Counted from the first letter of the stretch, positions 38,076 to 48,457 are shown. The stretch is 48,457 nt of DNA from an uncultured Actinomycetes bacterium (GCA_963706025.1 CAVPLM010000026.1:1-48457), one strand, 5' to 3'. Notes: a model not told the origin generated them from the letters alone. Translations and numbers: made by a program.

Positions 38076-38441
38076 ATGATAGTGGTCGAGGGCAGCACCA
38101 TCCATCCGGTCACGATGGATCCGAAGGACGACGAGATCGTTGGCAAAGCGCCGGTCAGCGGGCGGCGACTGCTCAACATGGCCGACACTGACGGCTGGGC
38201 CGCTTCGGTGACTGCGTTCGGCATAGGCGGGAGGCTCAACTGGCACACGCACGATTCGGAGCAGATCCTATTCGTCACCGAAGGCAGGGGGATCGTGGCC
38301 ACCAAGGACCGGGAGTACGTGATCACTCCGGGCTGTATCGTCTACATCCCAGCCGGTGAGAACCATTGGCACGGCGCCACTCCTGAGTCGTCGATGACCC
38401 ACCTCAACATCCAGAAAGCGGGTATCCATCTGGCCGAATGA
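38076..38441 (+). CDS. Cupin domain protein
   Basis: WHTHDSEQILFVTEGRG ... IPAGENHWHGA. Confidence 0.88.
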   Translation: MIVVEGSTIHPVTMDPKDDEIVGKAPVSGRRLLNMADTDGWAASVTAFGIGGRLNWHTHDSEQILFVTEGRGIVATKDREYVITPGCIVYIPAGENHWHGATPESSMTHLNIQKAGIHLAE

Positions 38442-38508
38442 GTCCCGGGGCCGAACGAGCCGAGGATCGGACAGCGATAAGCGCGGACTGAGATAGGAGC
38501 GGACCGAT

Positions 38509-39595
38509 ATGAAAGCCGCCGTCTGCTACGAGTTTGGGAAGCCGCTGGTCATCGAGGAGCTCTCCTTGCGAGAGCCCCGAAGTGACGAAGTCAGGGTGAA
38601 GGTGGCCGCCACGGCCATCTGCCACAGCGACATCCACGACATAGCAGGGGGACTTCGGAGGAAAGCTACCCTTCGTAGGGGGCCACGAGACCGCCGGTCA
38701 CGTGGAGGAGATCGGCGCCGCCGTCACCTGCGTCAAGCCGGGGGACCCGGTGATCGTGAGCCTCCTGGAAGCATGCGGGAAATGCTTCTACTGCGCGACC
38801 GGCTCGCCCTACTTCTGTGAAACCAAGGTCACGTATGACGTCGAGGGTACGCTCACGGACCAGAGGGGCCAGGGCGTCATCCAGAAGGCCCGGGTGGGCG
38901 GATTTGCCGAGTACGTTCTGGTACACGAGTCCCAGCTGGTCAAGGTCGCCGAAGACTTCCCGCTGGATCTCGCCTCGCTCTTGGCATGCGGGGTCGTCAC
39001 GGGCTTTGGGGCGGTGGTCAATCGGGCCAAAGTCCCGCCGCTCAGCAGCGTGGTGGTCATCGGCGCCGGAGGCGTGGGGCTGAATGCCATCCAGGGGGCC
39101 GTCACCTGCGGAGCCAACCCGATCGTTGCGGTTGACATCCTGGACGCGAAGCTGGAACGCGCCCTCGAGTTTGGGGCCACACATGGCTTCAATGCAAAGA
39201 CGACCGACCCTGTAGCGGCCGTGAAGGAACTGACGGAGGGCAGGGGAGCCGACTACGCATTCGTGACAGTGGGCAGCTCGGCCGCTCTGCAGCAGGGTTT
39301 CTCCATGCTCGCCAGACGGGGCACCGCCGTAATGGTCGGGCTCCCTCCGATGTCGGATCCGCTGTTGTCGCTTTCCGCTGGCGAGCTCGCCCTGACCGAG
39401 AAGATTCTCACCGGCGCGTTCATGGGTTCGGCCCGCCTGGGCGTCGACATCCCTCGCCTGATCGACCTGCACAAGTCGGGACGGTATAAGCTCGACGAGC
39501 TGATCGCCGGCCGGTATCCGCTCGAGCGCATCAACGAAGCGCTGGAGTCCTCAGCGGCGGGGGAGGTCCTGCGCAACGTGATCGTGTTCGGGTAG
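38509..39595 (+). CDS. Zn-dependent alcohol dehydrogenase (class III-like); extra G at 38647-38651
   Basis: MKAAVCYEFGKPL, ICHSD, GHE after correction, CGKCFYC...C, LLACGVVTGFGAV, GAGGVG. Confidence 0.9.
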
Positions 39596-39613
39596 GACAC
39601 GAGAGGAGCTGCC

Positions 39614-40282
39614 ATGTCCGAGTACGAGGGACCGGAGTGCGCCCTGTGCCGAGTGATCGCCTGCGATGGCGCTCCCGGTGCGAAGACGCCTCCCCGTTTC
39701 TGTCCTGCGCTCAGCGAGGCGGAGCTGCTCGCCGAGGTGGAGGCGACGTATCTTGCCGACGACATGTTGCGCCGGATCGCCATGGAGTCGGCCCGCACCG
39801 AGGCGGCGGGGTACTGTGTCGCCACCCGCGTCGAGGAGACCATGGATTTCGCGCGGCGCATGGGGTGGCGCCGGCTCGGCATCGCCCACTGCGTGGGTCT
39901 GATGCGGGAGGCCGGGGTGGCCCGGGACATCTTCGAGGCGAACGGGTTCGAGGTCTTCACCGTCTGCTGCAAGACCGGCTCGATCGACAAGGAGAGCGTA
40001 GGTCTGACCGATGAGGAGAAGGTCCACCCGGGACAGTTTGAAGTGATGTGCAATCCGGTGGGGCAGGCGGCGCTGCTCGCTGGGGCAGGCACCGAATTCA
40101 ACGTCGTCATAGGGCTGTGTGTGGGCCATGACAGCCTGTTCCTGATGCACTCCGAGGCACCCGCCACGGTCCTGGTGGTCAAGGACAGGGTGCTGGGCCA
40201 CAACCCGGTGGCCGCCCTCTACACGAGTCACTCCTACTACCGGCGGTTGAACGAACGAAAGGAACCACAATGGGAATCGTGA
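39614..40282 (+). CDS. DUF1847-family Cys-rich metal-binding protein
   Basis: TRVEETMDFARRMG..RLGIAHCVGL..EA, VCCKTG, MCNPVGQA, NVVIGLCVGHDSLF, VKDRVLGHNP. Confidence 0.82.
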   Translation: MSEYEGPECALCRVIACDGAPGAKTPPRFCPALSEAELLAEVEATYLADDMLRRIAMESARTEAAGYCVATRVEETMDFARRMGWRRLGIAHCVGLMREAGVARDIFEANGFEVFTVCCKTGSIDKESVGLTDEEKVHPGQFEVMCNPVGQAALLAGAGTEFNVVIGLCVGHDSLFLMHSEAPATVLVVKDRVLGHNPVAALYTSHSYYRRLNERKEPQWES

Positions 40283-41034
40283 GCGGGAAGACCTGCATCG
40301 TGACGGGCGGCGCCGGCAGCATCGGCCTCGCCAGCGCGGCCCTGCTGCTGAGCGAGGGCGCTCGAGTGATGTTGGTCGGCCGCAACGCGGAAAACCTCGC
40401 CCGGGCGGCTGCGTCCCTGAACGCGAGCGACGATGCGCTGGGCACGGTGACGGCCGATGTCTCCCAGACCGCCGACGTGCGGCGCTATCTCGGCGAGACG
40501 GTCGCCCGGTGGGGCAAGATCGACGTGCTATTCAGCCACGCCGGAATCTCCGGAGTGATCAAGCCGGTCACGGAGTACCCGGAGGACGTCTTCGATGCCG
40601 TCATGGCCATCAACGTGCGGGGGTCGTTCCTGGCCTGCAAGTACGGGCTGCCGCTGATGAACGACGGCGGGAGCATCATCATCACGTCGAGCATCATGGG
40701 GACCAGGGCAGATCCCGGCGTGTGCGCGTATGCCACGTCGAAACATGCGTTGATAGGGCTGGCCCGTGTGGTCGCGAAAGAAGCGGCCGGTCGTAACATC
40801 CGGGTGAACGTCTTCGCGCCGGGCCCCACCGACAACAGCTTCCAGGACGCCATCGAAGAGCGGCTGACCGAGATAGTGGGCGAGGATGGCACCGAGTTCT
40901 TGAACCGGATCATCCCACTGGGTCGGCACGCTCAGCCCGAGGAGGTGGCGCGCCTGGTCCTGTTCCTCGCCTCGGACCAGAGCAGCTTCTCCACCGGCAG
41001 CGTGTTCATGGCCGACGGGGGGATGAACATCTAA
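40270..41034 (+). CDS. Short-chain dehydrogenase/reductase
   Basis: TGGAGSIG, HAG, TSS, YATSK, DGG. Overlaps the 3' end of the DUF1847 gene. Confidence 0.9.
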   Translation: MGIVSGKTCIVTGGAGSIGLASAALLLSEGARVMLVGRNAENLARAAASLNASDDALGTVTADVSQTADVRRYLGETVARWGKIDVLFSHAGISGVIKPVTEYPEDVFDAVMAINVRGSFLACKYGLPLMNDGGSIIITSSIMGTRADPGVCAYATSKHALIGLARVVAKEAAGRNIRVNVFAPGPTDNSFQDAIEERLTEIVGEDGTEFLNRIIPLGRHAQPEEVARLVLFLASDQSSFSTGSVFMADGGMNI

Positions 41035-41150
41035 GGGAGGGACTGCGCGGCGAGTGGGGCGCGCCGGCCGACCGCGAACGGGGTGCCGGCCGGCGGCGGC
41101 AACTGCGGCGGCGGCGCGTTGCCGCCCGGAAGAGAGGCCGCGCCCCGACG

Positions 41151-41957
41151 CTACTCCGCCCCGGCCTTCAGTCCCTCAGCCGCGGCCCGATCGGCGATCA
41201 CGATAGCCCGTCCCTGCGCGACGCGCCCGGCCGGGATCTCGGGGTCGGCGGCTCGCAGGCGCGTCAGCGTGTCGGCCTTCTCGCTTCCGGTGACGACCCA
41301 GAGGACGCCTCTGGAACGGTCGATGATGGGATAGGTGAGCGTCATCCGGCGGCGCCCCTGGTAGACGCCGGTAACGGCCACATCGGCGTCGTCCACATCC
41401 AGGACCGGGTCGCCCGGGATCAACGAGGCCGTATGCCCATCCGCTCCGAGCCCCAGGTGTACGAGGTCGAGCACCGGCGGGGAGCCGGCGACGCGCTCCA
41501 ACTCGAGCGCGTAGCGGCACGCGGCCGCCGCCAGATCGGCTTCCTCGACGGGCATGGCCAGGATGCTTTCGACCCGCGGCTCCGTTGGCGGTTCGCCTCG
41601 GAGGTCGGCGCGCAGCTGGGGTTGCGGCTCGGCTCGCTGCTCGGGTCGCGGCTCGGCTGGCGGTTCGGCGCGGGGCGCGGCCGGCGACTCTTGATATCCG
41701 GCCAGACTATCGCGCAGATGCGCGAGGTTGCGGTCGGGATGCCCCGCGGGCGCCACCCGCTCGTCCACCTGCACGACGCAGATGCGATCCCAGGGCAACG
41801 CCTGCTCCGCCAGATACCGGAGCATCAGCCAGGGAGTGCGGCCGCCGCTGACAGCGACGACAAAGCGGCCGCGCGCGGCCACGGCCGCCCAGGCCGCTTC
41901 CGAGATGAGGTGCGCGGCCCTCCGGGCGACCGAATCGGGATCCTCGAGGATCTCCAC
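41151..41957 (-). CDS. pgl: 6-phosphogluconolactonase with Pro-rich insertion
   Basis: VAVSGGRTP, VDERVAP..HPDRN, LGLGADGHTASL, RMTLTYP, VTGSEKA. Lies downstream of zwf; start approximate. Confidence 0.88.
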   Translation of the reverse strand: MEILEDPDSVARRAAHLISEAAWAAVAARGRFVVAVSGGRTPWLMLRYLAEQALPWDRICVVQVDERVAPAGHPDRNLAHLRDSLAGYQESPAAPRAEPPAEPRPEQRAEPQPQLRADLRGEPPTEPRVESILAMPVEEADLAAAACRYALELERVAGSPPVLDLVHLGLGADGHTASLIPGDPVLDVDDADVAVTGVYQGRRRMTLTYPIIDRSRGVLWVVTGSEKADTLTRLRAADPEIPAGRVAQGRAIVIADRAAAEGLKAGAE

Positions 41958-41983
41958 TGTCAGACGGTCTGGTGGGCGATCTC

Positions 41984-43522
41984 TCAGCTGATCTCTCTCC
42001 ACTTCCGACCGTCGCGTTTTACCAGTTGCCTGGCTTCTTCCGGGCCCCAACTGCCCGCCGCGTAGATCGGGGTGGTCCCTGGAGCGGACGACTCCCAGGC
42101 CTCCTGGATGGGAGCGATCACCCCCCAACCCGCCTCGATGGTATCGGCCCTCTGGAACAGGGTGGCGTCGCCGCACACGGCGTCGTAGATCAGACGCTCG
42201 TAACCGCTCGCCGCCACTTCCCTGAAATAGTCGGAGTACTTGAAGACCATATCGACATTGCTCAACTTCATCAGACCCCCGGGCACCCTCACCTGGAAGC
42301 TGAGAGAGATCCCCTCATCGGGCTGGATATTGATCACCAGTACGTCGGGATTCAGGTGCTCCACCCCGCTCTTGCGGAACAAGCGGAAGGGAGGACGCTT
42401 AAACTGGATGGCGATCTCCGTGACGTGGTCCGGCATCCGCTTGCCCGTTCGCAGGTAGAACGGCACGCCTGCCCAGCGCCAGTTGTCGATCATCAGCCTG
42501 AGGGCGGCGAAAGTCTCGCTGCCTGAGTCCGGATCGACCCCGGGTTCTGCCCGGTAGGCGGGGACTCGCTTGCCGTCAACGGTCCCTTCCCCGTACTGAC
42601 CGCGCACGGCGCTGGCGCCGATGGCCTTGGGGTTGACCGGCTCCACCGCGACCAGCACTCTCGTCTGCTGGCTCCGCACCTCGTCGGGGTGGAAAGAGAC
42701 CGGACACTCCATGGCCGTCAACGTGAGGAGCTGGAACAGATGGTTGGGGACCATATCCCGCAGCGCGCCCGCATTCTCGTAGTAGCCGGCTCTCTGCTCT
42801 ACCCCGACGGTCTCTACCGCCGTGATCTGCACGTTGTCGACGTAGATGCTGTTCCAGATCGGCTCGAAGATGGCGTTGGCGAAGCGGAAGGCCATTATGT
42901 TCTGGACCGTGGCCTTACCGAGGTAGTGGTCGATACGGTAGATCTGGTCCTCCTTCAGGGTAGACCTGAGCTCCCGGTTGAGGTTTCGGGCGGAATCGAG
43001 GTCTCGGCCGAAGGGCTTCTCGAAGACGATTCGTCTGCCGTGCCCCGGCCCCTCGTGCAAAAGGCCCGCCGCTCCCAGCCGGCGGGTGATCTCCCCGTAG
43101 AGGTTTGGGGCCACGGCCAGATAGAAGACGACGTTCGACGGCGTGCCGTGTTCCTCGCTCAACCTGGAGATCGCCGCTTTGAGATGCTCGTAGCTGGCGG
43201 CATCACCGCCGTCTCCCGCCAGGTAGTGGAGACGCCGGGCAAAGGCCTCCCACGACTCCGATTCCACCGGGAAACCCAGCTCGTCCAGGTCGCTCCGCAG
43301 CTGTTGGACGAAGTCCTCGTCCGATTTCTCGCGTCGGGCCATGCCCAGGACGAAGAACTCCTCGGGAAGGACCTTGTACTTGAAGAGGTTGTAGAGGGCG
43401 GGGATTAGCTTCCTCTTGGTCAGGTCGCCGGAAGCGCCGAATATCACGACGGCGCAGGGAGGGGCCACCTCCACGTCCAACTGGACTTCTATGGCCTTCG
43501 ATCGTGTCTCTTCGCACTTCAT
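41984..43522 (-). CDS. zwf: Glucose-6-phosphate 1-dehydrogenase
   Basis: GASGDLTKRKLIPALY, EKPFG, RIDHYLGK, RDMVPNHL, RWAGVPFYLRTGKR, YERL. Confidence 0.96.
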   Translation of the reverse strand: MKCEETRSKAIEVQLDVEVAPPCAVVIFGASGDLTKRKLIPALYNLFKYKVLPEEFFVLGMARREKSDEDFVQQLRSDLDELGFPVESESWEAFARRLHYLAGDGGDAASYEHLKAAISRLSEEHGTPSNVVFYLAVAPNLYGEITRRLGAAGLLHEGPGHGRRIVFEKPFGRDLDSARNLNRELRSTLKEDQIYRIDHYLGKATVQNIMAFRFANAIFEPIWNSIYVDNVQITAVETVGVEQRAGYYENAGALRDMVPNHLFQLLTLTAMECPVSFHPDEVRSQQTRVLVAVEPVNPKAIGASAVRGQYGEGTVDGKRVPAYRAEPGVDPDSGSETFAALRLMIDNWRWAGVPFYLRTGKRMPDHVTEIAIQFKRPPFRLFRKSGVEHLNPDVLVINIQPDEGISLSFQVRVPGGLMKLSNVDMVFKYSDYFREVAASGYERLIYDAVCGDATLFQRADTIEAGWGVIAPIQEAWESSAPGTTPIYAAGSWGPEEARQLVKRDGRKWREIS

Positions 43523-43595
43523 GGTCTGCTCCGCCTCTCGTGGGTTCCGCAGTTCCGGCTAAGGCGAGTGTCGGCGCTCCAGCCGGCAGCGCTGC

Positions 43596-44615
43596 TCAGG
43601 ACTCCGGCTTCTCCAGATGGCCGCCGAATGCGAAACGCATGGCGGAGAGCACCTTGCGGGCGAAGTCGTCTTCACCTTGCGACCCGAATCTCTGGAAGAG
43701 GGCCGTGCTGAGCACCGGCACCGGCACCCCCTCCTCGACCGCCGCGAGGACGGTCCATCGTCCCTCCCCTGAATCGGAGACCCGGCCGGCGAAATTGGAC
43801 AGGTCGGGGTTCTCCAGAAGCTCCGTCGCACAGAGATCGAGCAACCAGGAGGCTATGACGCTCCCCCGCCGCCAGAGCTCGGCTATATCGGCCAGATCGA
43901 AGTCGTATTGGTAGCGCTCGGGGTCCCGCAGGGGCGTGGTCTCGGCGTCCACCACCAGGCCCTCCCTGCCCACGCCGGCGTGCCGCAAAATGTTCAGCCC
44001 TTCCGCGTAGGCGGCCATGAGCCCGTACTCTATCCCATTGTGGATCATCTTGACGAAGTGCCCCGCGCCGACGGGCCCGCAATGCAGGTAGCCCTCCTCG
44101 GCTGTCCCGCCGGCTTCCTCGCGACCCGGGGTCCGCGCGATCGATCCTCGACCCGGCGCCAGGGTCTTGAAGATCGGGTCCAGATGCTCGACCGCCTCTT
44201 TCGGTCCGCCGATCATGAGGCAATAGCCGCGCTCGAGGCCCCAGACCCCCCCGCTCGTCCCGCAGTCGACGTAGTGGATACCCCTGGCGGATAGAGCCTT
44301 AGCGCGCCGGATGTCGTCGATGTAGTAGGAATTGCCGCCGTCGATGACTGTGTCGCCTCTCTGCAGATGAGTGGCGACCTCTTCCAGGGTGGGGTCGACT
44401 GCGGCAGCAGGCACCATCAGCCAGACCACCCGGGGCGGCTCGAGCAGGGCGACGAGTTCTGCGACGGAGGCGGCCGCGACGGCTCCGGTTTCCCGCGCGA
44501 ACTTGTCTCGTGTGGCCGCCGTCGCCGAGTGCACGACGATCTCATGACCGGCGCGCATCAAGCGGCGCGTCATGCTACCGCCCATCCTTCCCAGACCGAT
44601 CATTCCTAGCTGCAT
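43596..44615 (-). CDS. gnd: 6-phosphogluconate dehydrogenase, short (GntZ/YqeC) type
   Basis: [59 protein letters not shown]. Confidence 0.95.
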   Translation of the reverse strand: MQLGMIGLGRMGGSMTRRLMRAGHEIVVHSATAATRDKFARETGAVAAASVAELVALLEPPRVVWLMVPAAAVDPTLEEVATHLQRGDTVIDGGNSYYIDDIRRAKALSARGIHYVDCGTSGGVWGLERGYCLMIGGPKEAVEHLDPIFKTLAPGRGSIARTPGREEAGGTAEEGYLHCGPVGAGHFVKMIHNGIEYGLMAAYAEGLNILRHAGVGREGLVVDAETTPLRDPERYQYDFDLADIAELWRRGSVIASWLLDLCATELLENPDLSNFAGRVSDSGEGRWTVLAAVEEGVPVPVLSTALFQRFGSQGEDDFARKVLSAMRFAFGGHLEKPES

Positions 44616-44841
44616 CTTCGGTTCTCCATTCGGTCGAGGTGAAAGACGATATGGAGCATAGCGCATGCGCCAAGCTCTGAAAGTGCATGTTCCGTCTATT
44701 CGACGGGAAGTAACATGAGCGGGAGCACTGGCCTCGAGGGCTTCGGCTCGAACGGGCGTACGTGGGCGGCCTCCCGACGCCGGCCATTCGCCGCGGGGGG
44801 CTCCGCGCCACGCGCTGCGCACACGCAAACGAAGGGAAGGT

Positions 44842-45792
44842 ATGAAAGTGGAGACAAGACGGCTGGGCGCCGCCGGACCCGACGTATCTATGGTGGGCCT
44901 GGGGTGCAACAACTTCGGGATGAAGCTCGACGAGCAGCAGAGCGCTGCTGTAGTCCATGCGGCCCTCGACGTCGGGATAACCCATTTCGACACGGCGGAG
45001 CGTTACGGCGGGGGCAGATCCGAAGTGTTCCTCGGCAAAGCGTTGGGAAAGAAGCGCGGCGATGTAGTCATAGCTACCAAGGTAGCGCCCCGTCCCAGCG
45101 ACGAACCGTACCGGCCGGGCGTCCTGCGCGGGCGCGTCCTGGAGGCGTGTGAAATCGCGCTGCAACGGCTCGACACCGACTACGTCGACATTCTTTACCA
45201 GCACTACCCAGACCCGGAAGCCCCGGTCGAGGAGGCTCTGGAAGCTCTGAGCGAACTGATCGCCGCCGGGAAAGTCATCCATGCCGCCTGCTCGAACTTC
45301 AGCGCGGAGCAGATCGATGAGGCTGTCCGAGTCTCGGCCGAGCGGGGCACCGCCAAGTTCATCGCATGCCAGATCCACTGGAATCTCTTGACCCGCGGGG
45401 GAGAGGAGGAACTCGTTCCGGCGCTGCGTCGCCAGGCGATGGGGATCGTGCCCTATTTTCCGCTGGAATCGGGCCTGCTGACGGGTAAGTACCGGCGGGA
45501 CGCAGATTTCCCCGAGGGTTCGCGTCTGGTCGCCATGCCTCGCTTCGCCACTCGAGCCACCGACGAGACCTTCGCCTATTTGGAGGAACTGAGCCGGTTC
45601 GCTGAGGCGCGAGGCCATTCGCTGCTGGAGTTGGCGTTCGGATGGCTGGCCGCCCAAGACGACGTCGCGTCCGTCATAGCCGGGGCGACCACACCCGAGC
45701 AGGTGGCGGAAAACGTCCGGGCCGGCGGAGCTTGGCGGCTGTCGGAGGAAGACCTGAGGGAGCTTCCGCGGATGGCGCCGGAGGGGTCGTAG
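44842..45792 (+). CDS. Aldo/keto reductase
   Basis: [42 protein letters not shown]. Confidence 0.93.
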   Translation: MKVETRRLGAAGPDVSMVGLGCNNFGMKLDEQQSAAVVHAALDVGITHFDTAERYGGGRSEVFLGKALGKKRGDVVIATKVAPRPSDEPYRPGVLRGRVLEACEIALQRLDTDYVDILYQHYPDPEAPVEEALEALSELIAAGKVIHAACSNFSAEQIDEAVRVSAERGTAKFIACQIHWNLLTRGGEEELVPALRRQAMGIVPYFPLESGLLTGKYRRDADFPEGSRLVAMPRFATRATDETFAYLEELSRFAEARGHSLLELAFGWLAAQDDVASVIAGATTPEQVAENVRAGGAWRLSEEDLRELPRMAPEGS

Positions 45793-46006
45793 CGCGATAC
45801 GTGCCGGCCGGCCGCAGGCCTCCAACGCGCCTCGCGCTGCTGACCCGCCCGGGCCAGTGCGCCGGGGTCGGCTGGGTCGTCGCCCGGGCCGCCCGGGCCG
45901 CCCCAACTGCGCGCAGCGGCGCCTGGCTGGGCCTAGCCGCCCCGCCGCTGCACGGGTTCGCGACTAGTTCTACAATGGGCGGAGACAGCGAGCAAAGGAG
46001 GCAGCG

Positions 46007-47314
46007 ATGGCGGCTGGGAACGAGCGCCTGAGCGCGCAGACCGTGGTGGTGGGGAGCGGACCGGGGGGAGCTACGGTAGCGCGCGAGCTTACGCGCCGGG
46101 GTGGAGACGTGCTCATCCTCGAGAAGGGGGCCTACCACAAGCCGCTCGGCAGCTACGTCAACTTGTTCCGCATGCTGGACCGGCACGGCATGCTGGCATC
46201 AGTGGAAGGGACGCAGATGGTCCGGCTGCTTACGGTAGGTGGCAGCTCGATCGCCTTCCTGGGCACGGCCTTCGATCCACCGGCCTGGCTCAAGGACCGA
46301 TATGGCATCGACCTCGCCCCGTACGTCGAGGAGACCAAGAGGGAGCTCAAGGTCGCTCCGCTGCCGGAGCATCTCATCGGCGAGGGGGCGAAACGCATCC
46401 GGCGGGCGGCGCGCGCCGAGGGCCTCGATTGGCGCCCGCTGCCCAAGTTCATCGATGCGGAGAAGTGCGAGCTGAAGTGCCCCAAGTGTTTTGCGGGCTG
46501 TGCGGAGAAGGCCAAGTGGACCGCCCGTGAGTATGTCGAGGAGGCCGTCGGTAACGGGGCTCGTCTTAAGACCAGGATGTGGGTCGATGAGGTCCTTTCC
46601 GAGGGGGGTCGGGCGACCGGCGTTCGGGGCATCGGACCGGCAGGCACGTTCACGGTCGAAGCCGAGAACGTGGTGCTCGCCGCCGGCGGGCTGGGAACGC
46701 CGGTGATCATGCAGGCCTCGGGCTTTCCGACCGCCGGTCAAGGCCTCATCATCGACCCTCTGATCATCACCTCGGGTGTCTACCCTGGGCCGGGCTCATC
46801 GAGAGACATCCCCATGAGTTGTGGCACCACCGACCTGCAGGAGGAGGGCCTCGTCATGACCGACGTCATCGACCCCTGGGCCCTCTATCTCTTCGGGTTG
46901 GTGATGGCCGGTGCCAAGCAGGTGCCGGCCTTCCGGTACTACCCACACACCCTGGGGATAATGACCAAAGTCAGGGACGGCCTGGCCGGGTCGATAGGCC
47001 CTGATGGCGTGGTCTCCAAGCCCATAGGGGAGGAGGAGCACGCTCTGCTCGCCCGCGGCTCGGAGATCGCCACCCGCATCCTGACACGGGCCGGCTGCGA
47101 CCCCGCCTCCATCGTCGATGCCCCGCCTAGGGGTTCGCATCCGGGCGGCACCGTGCGCATCGGAGAGCTGATCGACACAGACCTTTGTGCCGAACTGGCT
47201 GGGCTCTACGTGTGCGACGCCAGCGTCATCCCCCAGCCCATGGGCCTGCCCCCGGTGCTGATGCTCATCGGCCTCGGCAAGCGGCTGGTGGCGGAACAAC
47301 TAGCTAAGGAGTGA
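46007..47314 (+). CDS. GMC-family FAD oxidoreductase
   Basis: VGSGPGGA, LEKG, VGGSS, C...C..C..GC...AKW, LAAGGLGTP, HPGGT, LYVCDASVIP. Confidence 0.88.
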   Translation: MAAGNERLSAQTVVVGSGPGGATVARELTRRGGDVLILEKGAYHKPLGSYVNLFRMLDRHGMLASVEGTQMVRLLTVGGSSIAFLGTAFDPPAWLKDRYGIDLAPYVEETKRELKVAPLPEHLIGEGAKRIRRAARAEGLDWRPLPKFIDAEKCELKCPKCFAGCAEKAKWTAREYVEEAVGNGARLKTRMWVDEVLSEGGRATGVRGIGPAGTFTVEAENVVLAAGGLGTPVIMQASGFPTAGQGLIIDPLIITSGVYPGPGSSRDIPMSCGTTDLQEEGLVMTDVIDPWALYLFGLVMAGAKQVPAFRYYPHTLGIMTKVRDGLAGSIGPDGVVSKPIGEEEHALLARGSEIATRILTRAGCDPASIVDAPPRGSHPGGTVRIGELIDTDLCAELAGLYVCDASVIPQPMGLPPVLMLIGLGKRLVAEQLAKE

Positions 47315-47320
47315 GACGAC

Positions 47321-48289
47321 GTGCAAGCCATCATAGTGCGTGAGTGCGGTGGGCCGGAGGTCCTCGTCCTGGAGACGCTGCCTACACCGGAGCCCGGCCC
47401 TGGAGAGGCCCTCGTGCGGGTCTCGGCGGTCGGCATAAACTTCTTGGAGGTCTACCAGCGCGCGGGACACTATCCGCTTCCTCTGCCGATCGCCATGGGG
47501 AACGAGGGAGCGGGGGTCGTCGAGCGGCTGGGTCCGGGAGAGTCGCCGGTAGCAGTGGGCGACCGGGTGGCCTGGGTGGGCGGTCGAGGATCCTACGCGA
47601 CCGAGGCGGTCGTTCCTACCGAACGGCTTGTTCACGTGCCCGCGGGAGTCGATGAGCAGCTGGCTGCTGCCGTCATGCTGCAGGGGCTGACCGCTCACTA
47701 CCTCAGCCGGTCATCGTACCCTCTCAAACCGGGGGACACCTGTCTCGTGCACGCCGCAGCCGGCGGGGTCGGGCAGTTGCTCTGCCAGATGGCGAAGCTC
47801 GCCGGCGCTCGGGTCATCGGGACCGTTTCCACGAAAGAGAAGGCCGCCATCGCCCGGGCCGCCGGCGCCGACGAGACCATCAACTACGAAGAAGAGGATT
47901 TCGTCGAGCGGGTCAGGGAACTCACCGGCGGCGCAGGGGCCCAGGTGGTTTACGACGGGGTGGGCAAGAGCACCTTCGTCCGAGGCCTCGATTGCCTCGC
48001 CCGCCGGGGGTGTACGGTCCTCTTTGGTGGCTCGAGCGGACCGGTGGACCCATTCGACCCCTTGATCCTGATGCAAAAGGGCAGTCTCTATCTCCACCGG
48101 CCGACGCTGTGGGATTTCGTCGCGACTCGGCACGAATTGGAGGAGCGTACGACGGAGATCTTTGGTTGGATGGCGTCCGGCCAGCTGAAGGTGACGGTGG
48201 CCGCCACCTTCCCGCTGGCCGACGCCTGCGACGCGCATCGGCTGCTGGTCTCCCGCGAGGCCGCCGGCAAGATCCTGCTGATTCCCTGA
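47321..48289 (+). CDS. qor: NADPH:quinone oxidoreductase
   Basis: GGPEVL, GNEGAG, MLQGLTAHYL, HAAAGGVG, VYDGVGK, KGSLYL.RP.L, GKILL. Confidence 0.92.
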   Translation: MQAIIVRECGGPEVLVLETLPTPEPGPGEALVRVSAVGINFLEVYQRAGHYPLPLPIAMGNEGAGVVERLGPGESPVAVGDRVAWVGGRGSYATEAVVPTERLVHVPAGVDEQLAAAVMLQGLTAHYLSRSSYPLKPGDTCLVHAAAGGVGQLLCQMAKLAGARVIGTVSTKEKAAIARAAGADETINYEEEDFVERVRELTGGAGAQVVYDGVGKSTFVRGLDCLARRGCTVLFGGSSGPVDPFDPLILMQKGSLYLHRPTLWDFVATRHELEERTTEIFGWMASGQLKVTVAATFPLADACDAHRLLVSREAAGKILLIP

Positions 48290-48339
48290 CCGACGCGGCT
48301 GCCGGCGCCTGGTCCTGGCGGGCTTGGGCCACAAAGGAA

Positions 48340-48373
48340 CGGGGCTTCAGCGTCGGCAGACGCTGAAGCCCCG
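48340..48373. terminator. Perfect hairpin downstream of qor (terminator or REP-like)
   Basis: CGGGGCTTCAGCGTC-ggca-GACGCTGAAGCCCCG, 15-bp stem. On the minus strand it is followed by TTCCTTT. Confidence 0.65.
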
Positions 48374-48457
48374 CCTCACAGTCCGTCGCGCGCCGCAGAG
48401 CCGGCGCGACCTCTTCTGATGCGGCCTCTTGCTCAGGCCGCCAAGAGTCCGGCCGTT

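Noticed and set aside
44616-44841. Possible riboswitch/ncRNA between gnd and AKR (CATGTT-CCGTC..GACGG..AACATG hairpin)
   Set aside because: A single modest hairpin with no match to any RNA family I recognise; an Rfam search would be needed.

Overview
GC-rich anaerobic-metabolism region, probably from an actinobacterium (inferred from a Tat-lipoprotein with a Thr-rich linker and TTGACA/TAGGGT-type promoters). Left half: an IclR gene lies between two divergent transcription units whose promoters share an operator-like motif. The leftward unit (minus strand) encodes a truncated TatD-like protein, a single-chain triple-domain Arg-less Rid protein, a pyrogallol-transhydroxylase-like Mo/W enzyme (alpha plus 4Fe-4S beta), a MoaD/ThiS-like protein lacking the C-terminal GG, and a glycine-reductase-type selenoenzyme set. 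That set comprises a divergent GrdE, selenoprotein GrdB with an unusual UxxSxxC motif, GrdC, GrdD, thioredoxin and selenoprotein GrdA; both Sec UGA codons break the ORF track. The rightward unit encodes an OYE-family ene-reductase, hydantoinase/oxoprolinase A+B and an orphan Tat solute-binding lipoprotein, followed by two metallo-beta-lactamase-fold proteins (one with a rewired metal site) and acetate kinase. Right half: an alpha/beta hydrolase, an SDR, a pseudo-receiver/wHTH/AAA regulator with a QOR and an MFS, and a second Arg-less Rid directly upstream of a second (Cys-ligated) Mo/W enzyme, followed by MBL, HIBADH, cupin, ADH, DUF1847 and SDR genes. The window ends with gnd-zwf-pgl, AKR, GMC and qor. 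The best candidate for an undescribed system is the IclR-linked catabolic pathway ending in a non-canonical Sec-dependent Grd-type reductase of unknown substrate. The many single-base indels (mainly 0.7-10.9 kb) look like sequencing errors. All family assignments are from motif recognition; no searches were run.
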